Virus record (IMG/VR): IMGVR_UViG_3300045391_006216
Coordinates: 36,097-100,096 of that record
Length of the DNA: 64,000 nucleotides
DNA from: a virus
Strand: one strand, 5' to 3'
A program made the translations under genes and the position numbers. Below the pieces are notes generated by a model. That model was not told the origin of the DNA. It did no database searches and saw only the letters and a list, made by a program, of their open reading frames with translations. Shown here piece after piece: positions 50,673-61,224 of this stretch (position 1 is its first letter; each line of letters starts with the position of its first letter).

Positions 50673-51212
50673 ATGACCGCTATCAAAAGTTCTGACCCTA
50701 ATGCGATCGCACAATTACAAGCTAAGTTAGAGCAATTGCAAAAGTTTCAACAACAAATGAAGGATACTAATAAAATTATCCGCAAGAATTTGACTGATGA
50801 CCAAAAAGTTGAGGAGATAGTCAAGCTTGGAATATCCGAAAACGTAGCTCGTCAAATCTTAGTTCCAGACTTTGCCAAGCGTGTTGGGTTCCCTGACTTT
50901 AGACTGCAAAATAATAATGCCGAAATTCGCCGCATCAAAGGGCGGATTGAGGAGTTACAGCAACAGGAACAATTCTTAGAGAAAACTGACACTGAAGAGG
51001 AGTACCCAGAATTGGGACTTACTCTAGTTCGCAACAAAGACATCGATAGGCTACAGTTGGTGTTCAATGGGAAACCGTCAGAACAAGTGCGAACTATTCT
51101 TAAGCAAAACGGATTTAAGTGGAGTCCTACCAACGAAGCTTGGCAATGGTTACTCAATAACAATGCCGAAAGTGCAGCAAAGTGCGTGATTCAAAAGCTA
51201 CAACAACAGTGA
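50673..51212 (+). CDS. DUF3560-like / polyvalent-protein-type domain protein
   Basis: IKSSDPNAI..L..KL, LQNNNAEIRRIK.RI, RLQLVF.GKP....R..LK..GFKWSP...AWQ. Confidence 0.65.
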   Translation: MTAIKSSDPNAIAQLQAKLEQLQKFQQQMKDTNKIIRKNLTDDQKVEEIVKLGISENVARQILVPDFAKRVGFPDFRLQNNNAEIRRIKGRIEELQQQEQFLEKTDTEEEYPELGLTLVRNKDIDRLQLVFNGKPSEQVRTILKQNGFKWSPTNEAWQWLLNNNAESAAKCVIQKLQQQ

Positions 51213-51855
51213 TTAGTTAAAAGCGATGACTGCCTCAGTGTTTCTTGCCCAAAACCATACAATGAGTAAATCAACATCAGTAATTATAGAGGTGTAATCA
51301 TGCCAACAGCAGACGAATTAAAAGCAATTCAGTTAGTGCAGTCTGAACATCCCGACAAATACATTCATAGTTTTGGATTATCTGGCGATCGCTATGATAT
51401 CGCTGTTTATGAATCGGAAAAAGACTTTAATTTAGATGCCGAAGATAACAGCAATCAGCGAATGATAGCTAGACGCTCAATCGTTAAAAGTGACATCTAG
51501 ATTCTTTATTCAGTAATTTATTCTCCCCATGCAATTGCGTGGGGATTTTTTTTGGAGGAAACATGAAAATATTAGCAACGATTAAAATCAACGGACAACC
51601 CAAACAAGTTATCGGCAGCACTGAATATCTAACTAATGCGAAAGTCCTGTCAGAAGTAGTTGCTTATTGCTGGTTTGCAGGTCGGGTGACTGCATACAGA
51701 AATCAGCAATATGAAATAGATAATGGTGAAATCACCATTAAAGTTGAGAATTTTCAAGAAATAAGTCAACAAGAATATCTAAAACTAAAAACCAAAACTA
51801 TAATGTCTTTAATTGACAAAAAGCACATTGAAAACTTCTGGAACTTCAGAGCATC

Positions 51856-53484
51856 TTGGCAATGAAATCTGAAACATTCCAAATGTACGACTCTGTTAAA
51901 GTTATTGACCCTGATTCTAGATATTTTGGCATCACTGGGCAAGTAACTGATAACTTAAATTACTCAATCAGAGTAATGTTTCGTACTGGCATAGCCCCAA
52001 AAAATAATCGCGGGAGGGATTTAAGTGTTGGATTTTCTCCTTCAAAACTAGAGCTTATTAACCGCCCAACTGAAATAACTCCTGCACCTTCACTTATAGA
52101 TAAGAAAATCCATAAAGAAGGTACTTATCGGGAGTTTTGGGTTTCCGTACACGAGCGCCCAATAGAAGTTGGAATTAAGGTTTTGGCTATTTGCGACTTG
52201 AATCGAGATATTCGCTTTGAAGAGTTGCATCAAAACCTTACTCCCAGTGAAGTGTGGGATAAAACTATCCAAAAAATAGATGTATTGATTCAAGAATTGG
52301 GCTTAGATATTCCCGCACATCAAAAAAGATCCTCTAAATCAATAGGAGTTGTTACTGCTACCCAACTAGCAAAGGAGTTAATGATGGAGTCAAGCGTTAC
52401 ACTATCAGTTTTACGCCGTGAGCGTAGTGACGGGATTGTAGTTTACCAAGCATCGGTTCCTTGGCAATTTGTTGCTCAGTTCTTTGTGTATGAAGACCCA
52501 AATCTACCTGCGAACCAAAGAGCTAACCGCGTCCTCAATCCTTCCCACGCTAAGAAAATAAAAAATTATATTCTTAGCAATCCTAATTACTATTTTCCTC
52601 CGATGATTGCATCCATAGAAATAGATGAATCTGCCACCTTTACACCTTTGAAAAAGGACGCGTCCAATGGCATTTTAGAAGTGCCATTGACTGTAGTATT
52701 TCGCATGATTGACGGGCAGCATCGCACTTGGGCGATTCGTCAAATCATGCAAAGCAATGATGCAAGTAAGTACAGATCCGAATTTATTTCAGTGGATTTG
52801 ATTGTGAATGCTTCTTTAGAGTTGCGGAAAAAGATATTTAGGGAGGTGAATCTAGAGGCTAAAACAGTCAGTAAGAATTTAGGTACTTACTATAACGACT
52901 CCCCAATTTCACAGTTTACAAATAGCGTACTCTCAAGCATTCCTTTATTTGTAGAGTTTGCAGAAACAGAGAAAAATTCGCTAGGGAAAAAGTCTGATAA
53001 ACTTCTTATTTACAAGCATCTGTATGATGCCACGGTACTCGTGAAACCTGGGAGAGCAAGAGAGTCTGACTTTAAATATTGCCAAGTATTTTGGCAAACG
53101 TTAGTTGATGTTATTCCTGCTTGGACGAAAGTACTAGATGGTAAGTTGACTCCTCAAGAAGTCAGGGATACAACTGTTGCAGCTCATGGAGTGACAATTC
53201 ATGCATTAGGGGAATTAGGGAAGTATTTAGCAGCGAATCAAGAACCATATAATGTTGAAAAATTACTAAAGAAACTCAGTGATATTGATTGGTTAAAAAC
53301 TAATCCTGATTGGACTAACAGAGTAGTTGATGCTAATGGAGGAATGCTATCAAATAGACACAATGTCAAGTTGATGCTAAATTATTTCAAGATAAAAATC
53401 GGAGTTCCTTCTAAAGTCTTTAGTCAATCCGATAAAGACTTGGAGAAATTACACATCGGTTCTTCAAATTTATTTGCAAAATAG
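51856..53484 (+). CDS. DGQHR-domain (DndB-like) protein with N-terminal SH3/KOW-like domain
   Basis: RANR.LN..H...I..YI, YFPPM.AS, IDGQHR, F..VN. Confidence 0.8.
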   Translation: MAMKSETFQMYDSVKVIDPDSRYFGITGQVTDNLNYSIRVMFRTGIAPKNNRGRDLSVGFSPSKLELINRPTEITPAPSLIDKKIHKEGTYREFWVSVHERPIEVGIKVLAICDLNRDIRFEELHQNLTPSEVWDKTIQKIDVLIQELGLDIPAHQKRSSKSIGVVTATQLAKELMMESSVTLSVLRRERSDGIVVYQASVPWQFVAQFFVYEDPNLPANQRANRVLNPSHAKKIKNYILSNPNYYFPPMIASIEIDESATFTPLKKDASNGILEVPLTVVFRMIDGQHRTWAIRQIMQSNDASKYRSEFISVDLIVNASLELRKKIFREVNLEAKTVSKNLGTYYNDSPISQFTNSVLSSIPLFVEFAETEKNSLGKKSDKLLIYKHLYDATVLVKPGRARESDFKYCQVFWQTLVDVIPAWTKVLDGKLTPQEVRDTTVAAHGVTIHALGELGKYLAANQEPYNVEKLLKKLSDIDWLKTNPDWTNRVVDANGGMLSNRHNVKLMLNYFKIKIGVPSKVFSQSDKDLEKLHIGSSNLFAK

Positions 53485-53496
53485 GAGAAAACAAAA

Positions 53497-53787
53497 ATGA
53501 AATTGTTTGTTAAAGCTAGCTTGAGTCTTAATCATTTTGTTGATACCCATGAAGGATTTGATGTCACACTCTACGGAATTGCCGTAGTTAGCGAAAACGT
53601 CCAGGAAACTACTGAATTATTAGCAGATTTAGTAGTCGAACAGTTATGTCCACCTCAATTAGATTTGCTTCCCAAAGTGGAGGAATTCAAGATTATCACT
53701 GACGAGCAGTTTGTTTTACTCCAGGAATTATTACTTGTGCCTGTATTCAGCATTAATGGCGATGACATTCGAGAATCAGATGAGTAA
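53497..53787 (+). CDS. acidic hypothetical protein
   Basis: AGGAG RBS. Confidence 0.5.
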   Translation: MKLFVKASLSLNHFVDTHEGFDVTLYGIAVVSENVQETTELLADLVVEQLCPPQLDLLPKVEEFKIITDEQFVLLQELLLVPVFSINGDDIRESDE

Positions 53788-55828
53788 ACAACAACATCTT
53801 GAAAATGCGATCGCAGCAATAAAAATTCTTAAGTCAAGCCCCAAAGCCCTTTCGGTATCCGAAAGGGCTATTTTGATGGGTTTTTGTGGTGGCGGCGTAC
53901 TCAAAGAGTGCGGGATTTTCTTAGAGAAAGATAAGCCCGAATGGCTGAAGCAAGGCAAGATGCAGTTGCTAGAACTGCTAAGTAAGCAGGAGTGGACATC
54001 GCTGCAAAATGCTGGGTTACAGAACGCTCATTACACTTCGCCTGGGGTGCGACGGGTAATGTGGGATGTTCTCACCCCACTGCTGAAACCAGGGGATAAA
54101 GTTCTCGACCCCGGTTGTGGCGTTGCTGGGTTTGCTGTGGAGATGCCCAGTTTTTTCAAATATGTAGGGGTTGAAAAAGATGGGTTATCTGCTGCGATCG
54201 CTAAATTAGCCCATCCCACATTGCAGATATACCACAAGGACTTTTTGAAGTGGTCGTACCCCGAACAATTCAACTTGGTAATCGGTAATGTTCTATTTGT
54301 TAACGGCGTTGAGTCGATGAAGTTGGAAGGGAAGTGGTTAAGAATTGGACTTCATGCCCAATTTTTTGCCACTGCTGTTTCTCACCTACTCCCTAGTGGT
54401 TTGCTGGCACTGCTTACCAGTACCAATACTTTAGATTCTCGCACTCCCGACTACCTCTGGTTTCGTGAATGGATGCACAAAAAGTGTGAATTCTTGGGAG
54501 CGGTGCGATTACCTTCAGGGTCGCACATTGGGGAAACCGAAGTTACCACCGACTTAATTTTGTTGCGAAGGAGGGAGTCGGATTGCACGGGACTTGCTCT
54601 TCACTGGATAGGAGTTGGGCAAACCGACATCGTTGGTTACGACGGCAGACCAGCTTATTTGAGTAACTGGTATCTAGAAAATCCTAATTACTTAATTGGT
54701 GAACCTGTATGCAGTAAGTTACGGGGGAAAAACGGCAACCCAACAACAACTTTCGCTCTTAAAGCATATCCAAACCAAGATGTGCCAGGAGTTCTGAAAA
54801 CATTACTTAGTTCATTAGTTAATCAACAAGTCGAGGCATCAATCATGAGTGCTACTTTAATTCCCGCCGACAAATTCCACTCTAATTCCGTGTTTGCTTT
54901 CATTCTTAGAGAGAACCCCAAAAAAAGAGGGATTGAAATTCACTTACCAACTGATTGCGATACTAGTAGCCAAAAAGCAGTATCTTTCATTGCCAAAATA
55001 TTGGGCGCTGGTTTTCAAAAATCCAATTCCAACCCCAAAATGTACTACGCTCCCTTCTCTGAAGAGTTGATGCAACGTGCTAGGGGATGGGTTGAATCTT
55101 GTAAGACGACTTTTAAAGCCTATGAACTTAGCCCGGAAGAACCTGTAGAAAGTACTCCTACTCGCCGACGCTATTCTAAGAAAGAACCAGCAGCGACAAT
55201 TACACCTACACCTAACAAACTACTAGAAGCGATCGCACAATTAATAGATGCCAAACTAGATCCGCTAGCTGAGAGTATCGGTACGAGCATCATTGAGCAA
55301 CTCAAGTCAGAGCATAAAAATAGTCTTGCTGATGCCAAAGCCCTCAAGGATGAACTCGAAAAAGTCAAAGCCGAAAGAGATGGACTCGCTAAATCTCTTG
55401 AGCAAATTAGAAGTGAGATGTTGGATTTTCAAAAATCCTACACGGATTTAGAAAAAAAATCAGTGCAGCAACAAGAATCCATTAAATATTTAGAGCAAGA
55501 GCGCGAACGCCAGCGAGAAACAATCGAAGCTTTGCAGCACGACGATACTCAGCAACAACAAACAATTCAAGTTCTACAACAAAGGTGCGCTCGCTTGCAC
55601 AATCAACTACAAGAATTGGGATTAGATGATGAGGATGGTGAAATAGAAAGCCCCATATTTCTTGATGAATCTAATGAAGAAAAACTCCCAGTATTTGCTG
55701 ATGAATCTCAAGAAAATCAAGAGTCCCCAGTCTTTTCTGATGAATCTGATGAAACATCAAATACTCCATCATTTGAAGAAGAGAAAGAAGCAGGATTTGA
55801 TTTAACTAAATTAGATTCGGGAAAGTAA
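53780..55828 (+). CDS. DarB-like N6 DNA methyltransferase domain fused to a coiled-coil/acidic region
   Basis: L.GF.GGG, NAHYTS, VLDPGCG, IGNVLF (NxPF variant), GAVRLP, TEVTTDLI. Confidence 0.7.
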   Translation: MSKQQHLENAIAAIKILKSSPKALSVSERAILMGFCGGGVLKECGIFLEKDKPEWLKQGKMQLLELLSKQEWTSLQNAGLQNAHYTSPGVRRVMWDVLTPLLKPGDKVLDPGCGVAGFAVEMPSFFKYVGVEKDGLSAAIAKLAHPTLQIYHKDFLKWSYPEQFNLVIGNVLFVNGVESMKLEGKWLRIGLHAQFFATAVSHLLPSGLLALLTSTNTLDSRTPDYLWFREWMHKKCEFLGAVRLPSGSHIGETEVTTDLILLRRRESDCTGLALHWIGVGQTDIVGYDGRPAYLSNWYLENPNYLIGEPVCSKLRGKNGNPTTTFALKAYPNQDVPGVLKTLLSSLVNQQVEASIMSATLIPADKFHSNSVFAFILRENPKKRGIEIHLPTDCDTSSQKAVSFIAKILGAGFQKSNSNPKMYYAPFSEELMQRARGWVESCKTTFKAYELSPEEPVESTPTRRRYSKKEPAATITPTPNKLLEAIAQLIDAKLDPLAESIGTSIIEQLKSEHKNSLADAKALKDELEKVKAERDGLAKSLEQIRSEMLDFQKSYTDLEKKSVQQQESIKYLEQERERQRETIEALQHDDTQQQQTIQVLQQRCARLHNQLQELGLDDEDGEIESPIFLDESNEEKLPVFADESQENQESPVFSDESDETSNTPSFEEEKEAGFDLTKLDSGK

Positions 55829-55854
55829 AAGGGGATTTTTCAAGCATTTTACAG

Positions 55855-56634
55855 TTGTTTGAGAAAGCCTCTGTTAGCTTGAAAAATCCCAAGATTAAGC
55901 TATTAAAAATACAACTCTATCGTAGCAAATCTGGCAGATATCCTGGTGCAATTTACATTTCTCCTACCGACAAACAAGGTTGGTACGGCAGGATTGAAAC
56001 TGATGGGAATTTAACTCTAAATCAATCAAATATCCTCCCAGGACTAGAAAATGATTTGCGCTCTTTTGCAGGTAATCCAGTTTCCTATGTGGCGAGTTTT
56101 GGTAAGTTAACTGGTAACTGCTGTTTTTGCTCCTTGCCGCTTACTGACGAACGTTCTGTAGAAGCTGGTTACGGCGCTATTTGTGCCCAAAAGTTTGGAT
56201 TGCCTTATCCAGAAAAAGGAAGGAGGAAGAAAAAGGAGGAAGAAAAATTTCAACCAAATCAACAACTGGTTGATGAAATTACTCAAGAATTAGCCAACTT
56301 TTATGGCGGTAGCGAACAGTGTTATCGCCATTATTCTCGAGCATTTAACTACTCTGAAGGTATCAAGTATTTGGCTACTAAAGCTAACTGTTATTGGCTT
56401 TTGGATGCGATCGCATCTTGGCAGTTAAGTCCAAAAGTCAAAAAATCCCGAATGAATGAAGGTTTCCAGATTTGGGAGCTAACCAGAACCACTGGAAACC
56501 AAGCAATTTTAACAGGGGCTTGGGATACTGACAAAATTGTTGTTACTCAAGAGATTGAGTATACTGATTTCCCTTTGCCCAAAATAAAACTGTGGCTAAC
56601 TGATGAGTTTTTATGTTTACCAAGCGAGAAATGA
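55855..56634 (+). CDS. DUF6011-like Zn finger + DUF6876-like protein
   Basis: CCFC..LTDERS...GYGAICA; LANFYG.E..YRH...EG..YLA....YWLLDAIAS...QEIEYTDFP...LPSE. Confidence 0.65.
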   Translation: MFEKASVSLKNPKIKLLKIQLYRSKSGRYPGAIYISPTDKQGWYGRIETDGNLTLNQSNILPGLENDLRSFAGNPVSYVASFGKLTGNCCFCSLPLTDERSVEAGYGAICAQKFGLPYPEKGRRKKKEEEKFQPNQQLVDEITQELANFYGGSEQCYRHYSRAFNYSEGIKYLATKANCYWLLDAIASWQLSPKVKKSRMNEGFQIWELTRTTGNQAILTGAWDTDKIVVTQEIEYTDFPLPKIKLWLTDEFLCLPSEK

Positions 56635-56844
56635 TATGGAGAAATACATTATGTTGGGTAGTATTCAATTTGAATGCTTGATTAGTGTTGGCGAAGGTAC
56701 AACAATTTATGATAAAGCCAATAGTTTGTTAAATGATTTAGTTGATGCTAAATCGGCTCGTTTGTACCTAAGTGGTGAAGATGGAGAAACTAGAATAGTT
56801 AATTTGAAAATTGTTGAGGTTGAGTCTCAAGATATCGGTCAAGC

Positions 56845-57837
56845 ATGATACCAGATTTAATTAACTACGATTATATAATTGTAGCTTTGAGCGGTGGTAA
56901 GGATAGCGTTGCTTGTCTGCTTTATCTACTAGAACTTGGCGTACCCAAGTCAATTATTGAATGCTGGCATCATCTAGTAGATGGTAGAGAAAATCCCCTT
57001 TTGTTTGATTGGGAGTGTACTGAAGATTACATTAGAGTTCTTTGTAATGCACTCCAAATCAAACTTTTCTATAGCTGGAGAAGTGGGGGATTAGAACAAG
57101 AAATGTTGCGTTATGATTCTCCTACTGCCGCTACTTTTTATGAAACTCCAGAAGGTTTAAAAACTTCTGGAGGTAGTAGCAACAGTTTGGGTACGAGATT
57201 GCGTTATCCTCAACTTTCGGCAGGGATGACCACAAGATGGTGTAGTAGCTATGGCAAGATTATGGTTGCAGATGCAGCAATTAATAATCAAACTAGATTC
57301 AAAGGGAAGCGCACTTTAGTAATAACTGGAGAACGCAGATTAGAATCAAAATCTAGAAGCAAGTATTTAGAGTTTCAATCGCATAGAACCCATTGTCTAT
57401 CGAGACACGTTGACCATTGGCGTCCCGTGATTGATTGGACTAGCGAAGATACATTTATTATTGCTCAAAAATACTCGCTTTTGTGCCATCCCTGTTATTA
57501 CCTGGGATTTGGTAGAGCTTCTTGTCAAATGTGCATTTTTGCATCAGATGACCAATTGGCATCGATATACAAAATTGCACCACATAAAGTAAATCAAATT
57601 GCCGAATACGAGCGCCAGTTTAACGATTACTGGCAGCGAATAGAAGGCAAGAAATACACAATTCATCGCAATTTTTCAGTGATGGAGCGCGTAGCTAGGG
57701 GTAACCCTTTTGATATGGATGATGAAGATATCAAATTGGCACTATCCCCCGTTTATTACAAATCGGTAATCGTTCCCACTAACGAGTGGAAGATGCCAAA
57801 GGGCGCATTTAGTAAAGATACAGCAGGCCCGACTTGA
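56845..57837 (+). CDS. PAPS-reductase-family (PP-loop) protein
   Basis: SGGKDS, RWCS...K, GERRLES..R, WRPVIDW, HPCY..G..R.SC..C. Confidence 0.85.
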   Translation: MIPDLINYDYIIVALSGGKDSVACLLYLLELGVPKSIIECWHHLVDGRENPLLFDWECTEDYIRVLCNALQIKLFYSWRSGGLEQEMLRYDSPTAATFYETPEGLKTSGGSSNSLGTRLRYPQLSAGMTTRWCSSYGKIMVADAAINNQTRFKGKRTLVITGERRLESKSRSKYLEFQSHRTHCLSRHVDHWRPVIDWTSEDTFIIAQKYSLLCHPCYYLGFGRASCQMCIFASDDQLASIYKIAPHKVNQIAEYERQFNDYWQRIEGKKYTIHRNFSVMERVARGNPFDMDDEDIKLALSPVYYKSVIVPTNEWKMPKGAFSKDTAGPT

Positions 57838-57851
57838 AAGGAGTCAAAACC

Positions 57852-58316
57852 ATGAATTACAATCCCGATAACTTCAACGTTGAACTAAAAGCCATCAAAA
57901 TTTCTGGTGGTGAAGAAACTACTAGATTTGAAGCCAAGCTTTATATCAATAAAAAATTTGCGGCTACGGTGTCTAATGAAGGTACTGGAGGATGCCACTA
58001 TTGGTATTGGCAAAATAGAGAATTAGAGGATTTATTTAATCAACACATCAAATATTTAGACCAACAAGGTAAGTTTGAGTTTGACTTTGAACAGTGCGAC
58101 GAACTAATCGACCAAATGATTGCTGACCATGAAGAAGAAAAACGTTTGAAAAAGTGGTGCAAGACTAAAACTGTTTGCACAACATACGACCTTGCTAAAG
58201 GTGAATATAGAGTTTTTGATATACCTTATTCATCAGAGCTAAAAACACGTTTAAGAGCTAAATTTGGCAATAATTTGAAAGAAATTGTCAACGAACGTTT
58301 TCTCAATAAAAAATAA
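57852..58316 (+). CDS. hypothetical protein (EET..F.A.L...V.N.G.GG motif)
   Basis: Conserved-looking mobile-element motif; GGAG RBS. Confidence 0.55.
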   Translation: MNYNPDNFNVELKAIKISGGEETTRFEAKLYINKKFAATVSNEGTGGCHYWYWQNRELEDLFNQHIKYLDQQGKFEFDFEQCDELIDQMIADHEEEKRLKKWCKTKTVCTTYDLAKGEYRVFDIPYSSELKTRLRAKFGNNLKEIVNERFLNKK

Positions 58317-58431
58317 TCTGCGCCCCTCAGCACAGATTAATTCATATTAATTGGCAAGTCTATATCTTATCACAATCACAGGAAGACAGAAGTGAATTCA
58401 CTTCTGCCTTCTGTCCTCTGCCTTCATAGTT

Positions 58432-58824
58432 ATGCAACTCAAAGCTTCTTACATCCAATCCAAACTAATTAGAATTTCTTTAGTGGGGTTTAGTCCTAGC
58501 GACCCCACTTGTCAGACTCTTCAGAAAATGCTGGAGTCGAAAAAGTTTAGACAGATGCAATCTGACCAATGGGAGCGGCAAGAATTCGCAGATGTCAAAA
58601 CCGAATCTTTTGAATTTTGGTTCACTCAAACTAAACAACTTTGTACCAAATTCAAAAGTAGCGAACCAGTACCTATTCAAGAAGAACCAAAACCTACAGA
58701 CTATCCCGAAATTAAACAACTCCTAGAAAAAATTCGCTATCTAGAGGAGGAGATAGCACAACTAAAAAAGTTCGATACCTCCGCCAACAAGAGATTACAG
58801 CAATTGAGAAAGAAAAAGGCGTAA
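58432..58824 (+). CDS. hypothetical protein
   Basis: ORF track. Confidence 0.5.
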   Translation: MQLKASYIQSKLIRISLVGFSPSDPTCQTLQKMLESKKFRQMQSDQWERQEFADVKTESFEFWFTQTKQLCTKFKSSEPVPIQEEPKPTDYPEIKQLLEKIRYLEEEIAQLKKFDTSANKRLQQLRKKKA

Positions 58825-58901
58825 TTTATCAAGGCATTGTTCCTGATTTTACGCCCATTGTTGTTTTTGAATCCTCTCCAATTATATTAGGTGACGACGA
58901 T

Positions 58902-59615
58902 TTGAAGTGGACTGAGAGATTTCGCGGCGGAGTATTTTGCTTTTTTAATGGGCAACTGGGCATTTCGTTTAAAAATGCCCATCAAGGTTTGATTTGGGAA
59001 ATAGACAGGAGGTATTGCAATGCACCTATAAAGGTACATAAAAAAATCAAAGATATCACTTGTATTTCCCCAATTCTGCCGGGGACATTTCAGCCGATTG
59101 AAGCACCATCCGAACAATTAGAAGTGATGCGAACTCTAATTGATGGAGCTTCAATTGTTGAAGAACTTCTAGAGGCAGAAGCAACCCAGCAAGACGATGA
59201 AGAGTGCGATGCCTACGGCGGGCAATGCCAACGCTTGCGGGAAAAATTAAACCAATTCTACGATAACTTTGTTGCAGAATTTGGGTTGTTGAGTAACTGT
59301 AAGAGTTACTACGATGGCATCTGGAATGATGTCAGGTTAGAGATTTACCTCACCCAGCTAACAGATAGTTCAGGTAATAAATCTGATATTTTCTACAAAC
59401 GAATCAACTACCCCCCCAAATCTCTGCATGGGCAGCAGTTTTTTGAAGAAGATTTAGCCACCAGAGTCACTAATGCTTTTAGCTGGTGTATGGGTTGGTT
59501 TGGGGAAGTAAGATTGGATGAAATTGCTGACAAGTCTGGGCTAGATTGCGACCTTACTTTAGAGATTTTACTCAAGTTAAAGTTAGTTTACAGGGAATGG
59601 ATTAATGGAGATTAA
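58902..59615 (+). CDS. DarB-like central domain (stand-alone)
   Basis: LREKLNQFYDNFVAEFGLL...KSDIFYKR..., typical of the linker in DarB-type methylase-helicases. Confidence 0.55.
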   Translation: MKWTERFRGGVFCFFNGQLGISFKNAHQGLIWEIDRRYCNAPIKVHKKIKDITCISPILPGTFQPIEAPSEQLEVMRTLIDGASIVEELLEAEATQQDDEECDAYGGQCQRLREKLNQFYDNFVAEFGLLSNCKSYYDGIWNDVRLEIYLTQLTDSSGNKSDIFYKRINYPPKSLHGQQFFEEDLATRVTNAFSWCMGWFGEVRLDEIADKSGLDCDLTLEILLKLKLVYREWINGD

Positions 59616-59628
59616 AGCTATATATTAC

Positions 59629-59862
59629 GGTACTTTGATTACTCGTGAAGATGTGGCGGCGTTGAGTCCTTATATGACGAGTCATATCAAGCGTTTTGGC
59701 GATTACTTGATTGATATGGAGACTGTGCCGAATTTGTTGGATGATGACAAGTTCTTAGTTTTGGCTTGAGAATTTTGAAGGTAGTTCTGGTAGGGGTTGT
59801 AGAGTTTTTGTTTACATAACTTTACAACGTGTCCCATTTTGCACGTATCCCGGTTGTACCCC
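59629..59862 (+). mobile_element. Tn3-family remnant (transposase C-terminus + terminal inverted repeat)
   Basis: Frame reads EDVAALSPYMTSHIKRFGDY...* (stop at 59769); terminus ...CGGTTGTACCCC at 59862 (GGGG end on the reverse strand). Confidence 0.7.
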
Positions 59863-59896
59863 TTTATTAAATGCAGTCGCCAAAGCTAATTATTGT

Positions 59897-60355
59897 ATGC
59901 CCTTCATCCGTCGCGGATATACCGTAAAACAGATGATGCTGGGCAGAGCATCCAACATATTATCCGCCAAAATTCAACTTGAGTATTTGGTTGGGGCAGT
60001 TGACAGGCTAGCGAGTCTAGAAGATGGCGACAGGGCTTACAAAAATGCCTTTCGCCTTGGGTGCGCTAGTCGCATCGCTACCCGCATCCTAGAAAACATG
60101 GAAAAGCAAAAGTCTCAAGGGATCGCCGCTTCTGGTGATGGCAATCCGATATCTGCAATCATTGTGCGATCGCTCCACGAAAAATTAGAAGCCGAAGTAG
60201 ATGCCTACGCCAAAGCAAACCTAAACATCAAGAACCGAACTAGTAGACCGAGTTGCAGTTCATATAGTGGTTATTTTTCTGGTATGGCAGCAGGCGACGG
60301 AGTTTCACTCAACAAACAGGTAAGGGGAGAAAGTGGGCGGTATCTACCACAATAA
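59897..60355 (+). pseudogene. C-terminal part of a DUF2786-associated-type protein, 5'-truncated by the Tn3 remnant
   Basis: YKNAFRLG...RI, G..AGD.VSLNKQV ending. Confidence 0.5.
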
Positions 60356-60374
60356 AAATTTTTCTCTTAGGGTG

Positions 60375-60403
60375 TTGCCACCACAGAAAAAGTGTGCTTT
60401 AAT
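60375..60403 (+). promoter_or_regulatory. sigma70-type promoter
   Basis: TTGCCA-N17-TTTAAT with extended -10 TG. Confidence 0.5.
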
Positions 60404-60454
60404 AATTTCATGAACAGAAAACGGGTCTTCGCCGCACGGAAGTAAAAGGTAATT

Positions 60455-60934
60455 ATGCAAATTCAAGAATTAATCGCTATCCATCTCAATGTTTCGCCTT
60501 CCAAAATTGTCAAAATCGTTGAATTATACAAAGTTTGGTGTGTAGTTGTAGAAGGTTGTCGCGGTCGCTTTGTATCCAAACTACAAGTACTAGGTGAAGA
60601 AATCAAAACATCGATAAAAGTTCAGGTCAAAACTGGGTCTGAATGGCATACAACTGAGCGCAGAGGCGCAATGGTAAAGGTCAACGGAAAACCTATTTAT
60701 CAAGTATTAAATCCAGTTTCTCAAGAATGGGAATTGGTGGGTAATAAAGGCAAACATGGTAAATGGTGCGTTGCCGAATACGAACTTCCCGTAGGAGCAA
60801 AAATCGAATTCTCTGCTACTGCTAATGGTAGGGATGCAATAACTCATAGTTTTGTTGTTGGGGAAGTTAGTTCTGTAGATGTAGATGGCTACGGTTATGG
60901 AAGTGATATCTGTGGTTGGATAGTTTCTATATAG
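60455..60934 (+). CDS. hypothetical protein
   Basis: VWCVVVEG.R.RFVSK motif. Confidence 0.55.
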   Translation: MQIQELIAIHLNVSPSKIVKIVELYKVWCVVVEGCRGRFVSKLQVLGEEIKTSIKVQVKTGSEWHTTERRGAMVKVNGKPIYQVLNPVSQEWELVGNKGKHGKWCVAEYELPVGAKIEFSATANGRDAITHSFVVGEVSSVDVDGYGYGSDICGWIVSI

Positions 60935-61224
60935 TTTCATGGCGGGATGCGTCGCCTTAAATCCGCATGAGTTAGTTAACAATTAACAGGAGAAACGTAT
61001 GCTCGATCCCAATGAAGATGTCAATGGTGGCGATTGTCAAGACTGCGGTGGCACGGGAGCTACCTATGAAAAAGACGAAGAAACTGGCGATTATGAAGTG
61101 ACGGGTGATTGCTCTACTTGTGGTGGCACAGGGGACGAAAGCTAGATATCTAAAATCAATTTTTGGCAGAGTATCAATCTCTGCCAAAACCAAAAAAGTG
61201 TCTTCAACTAAAGGAAGTAAAATC

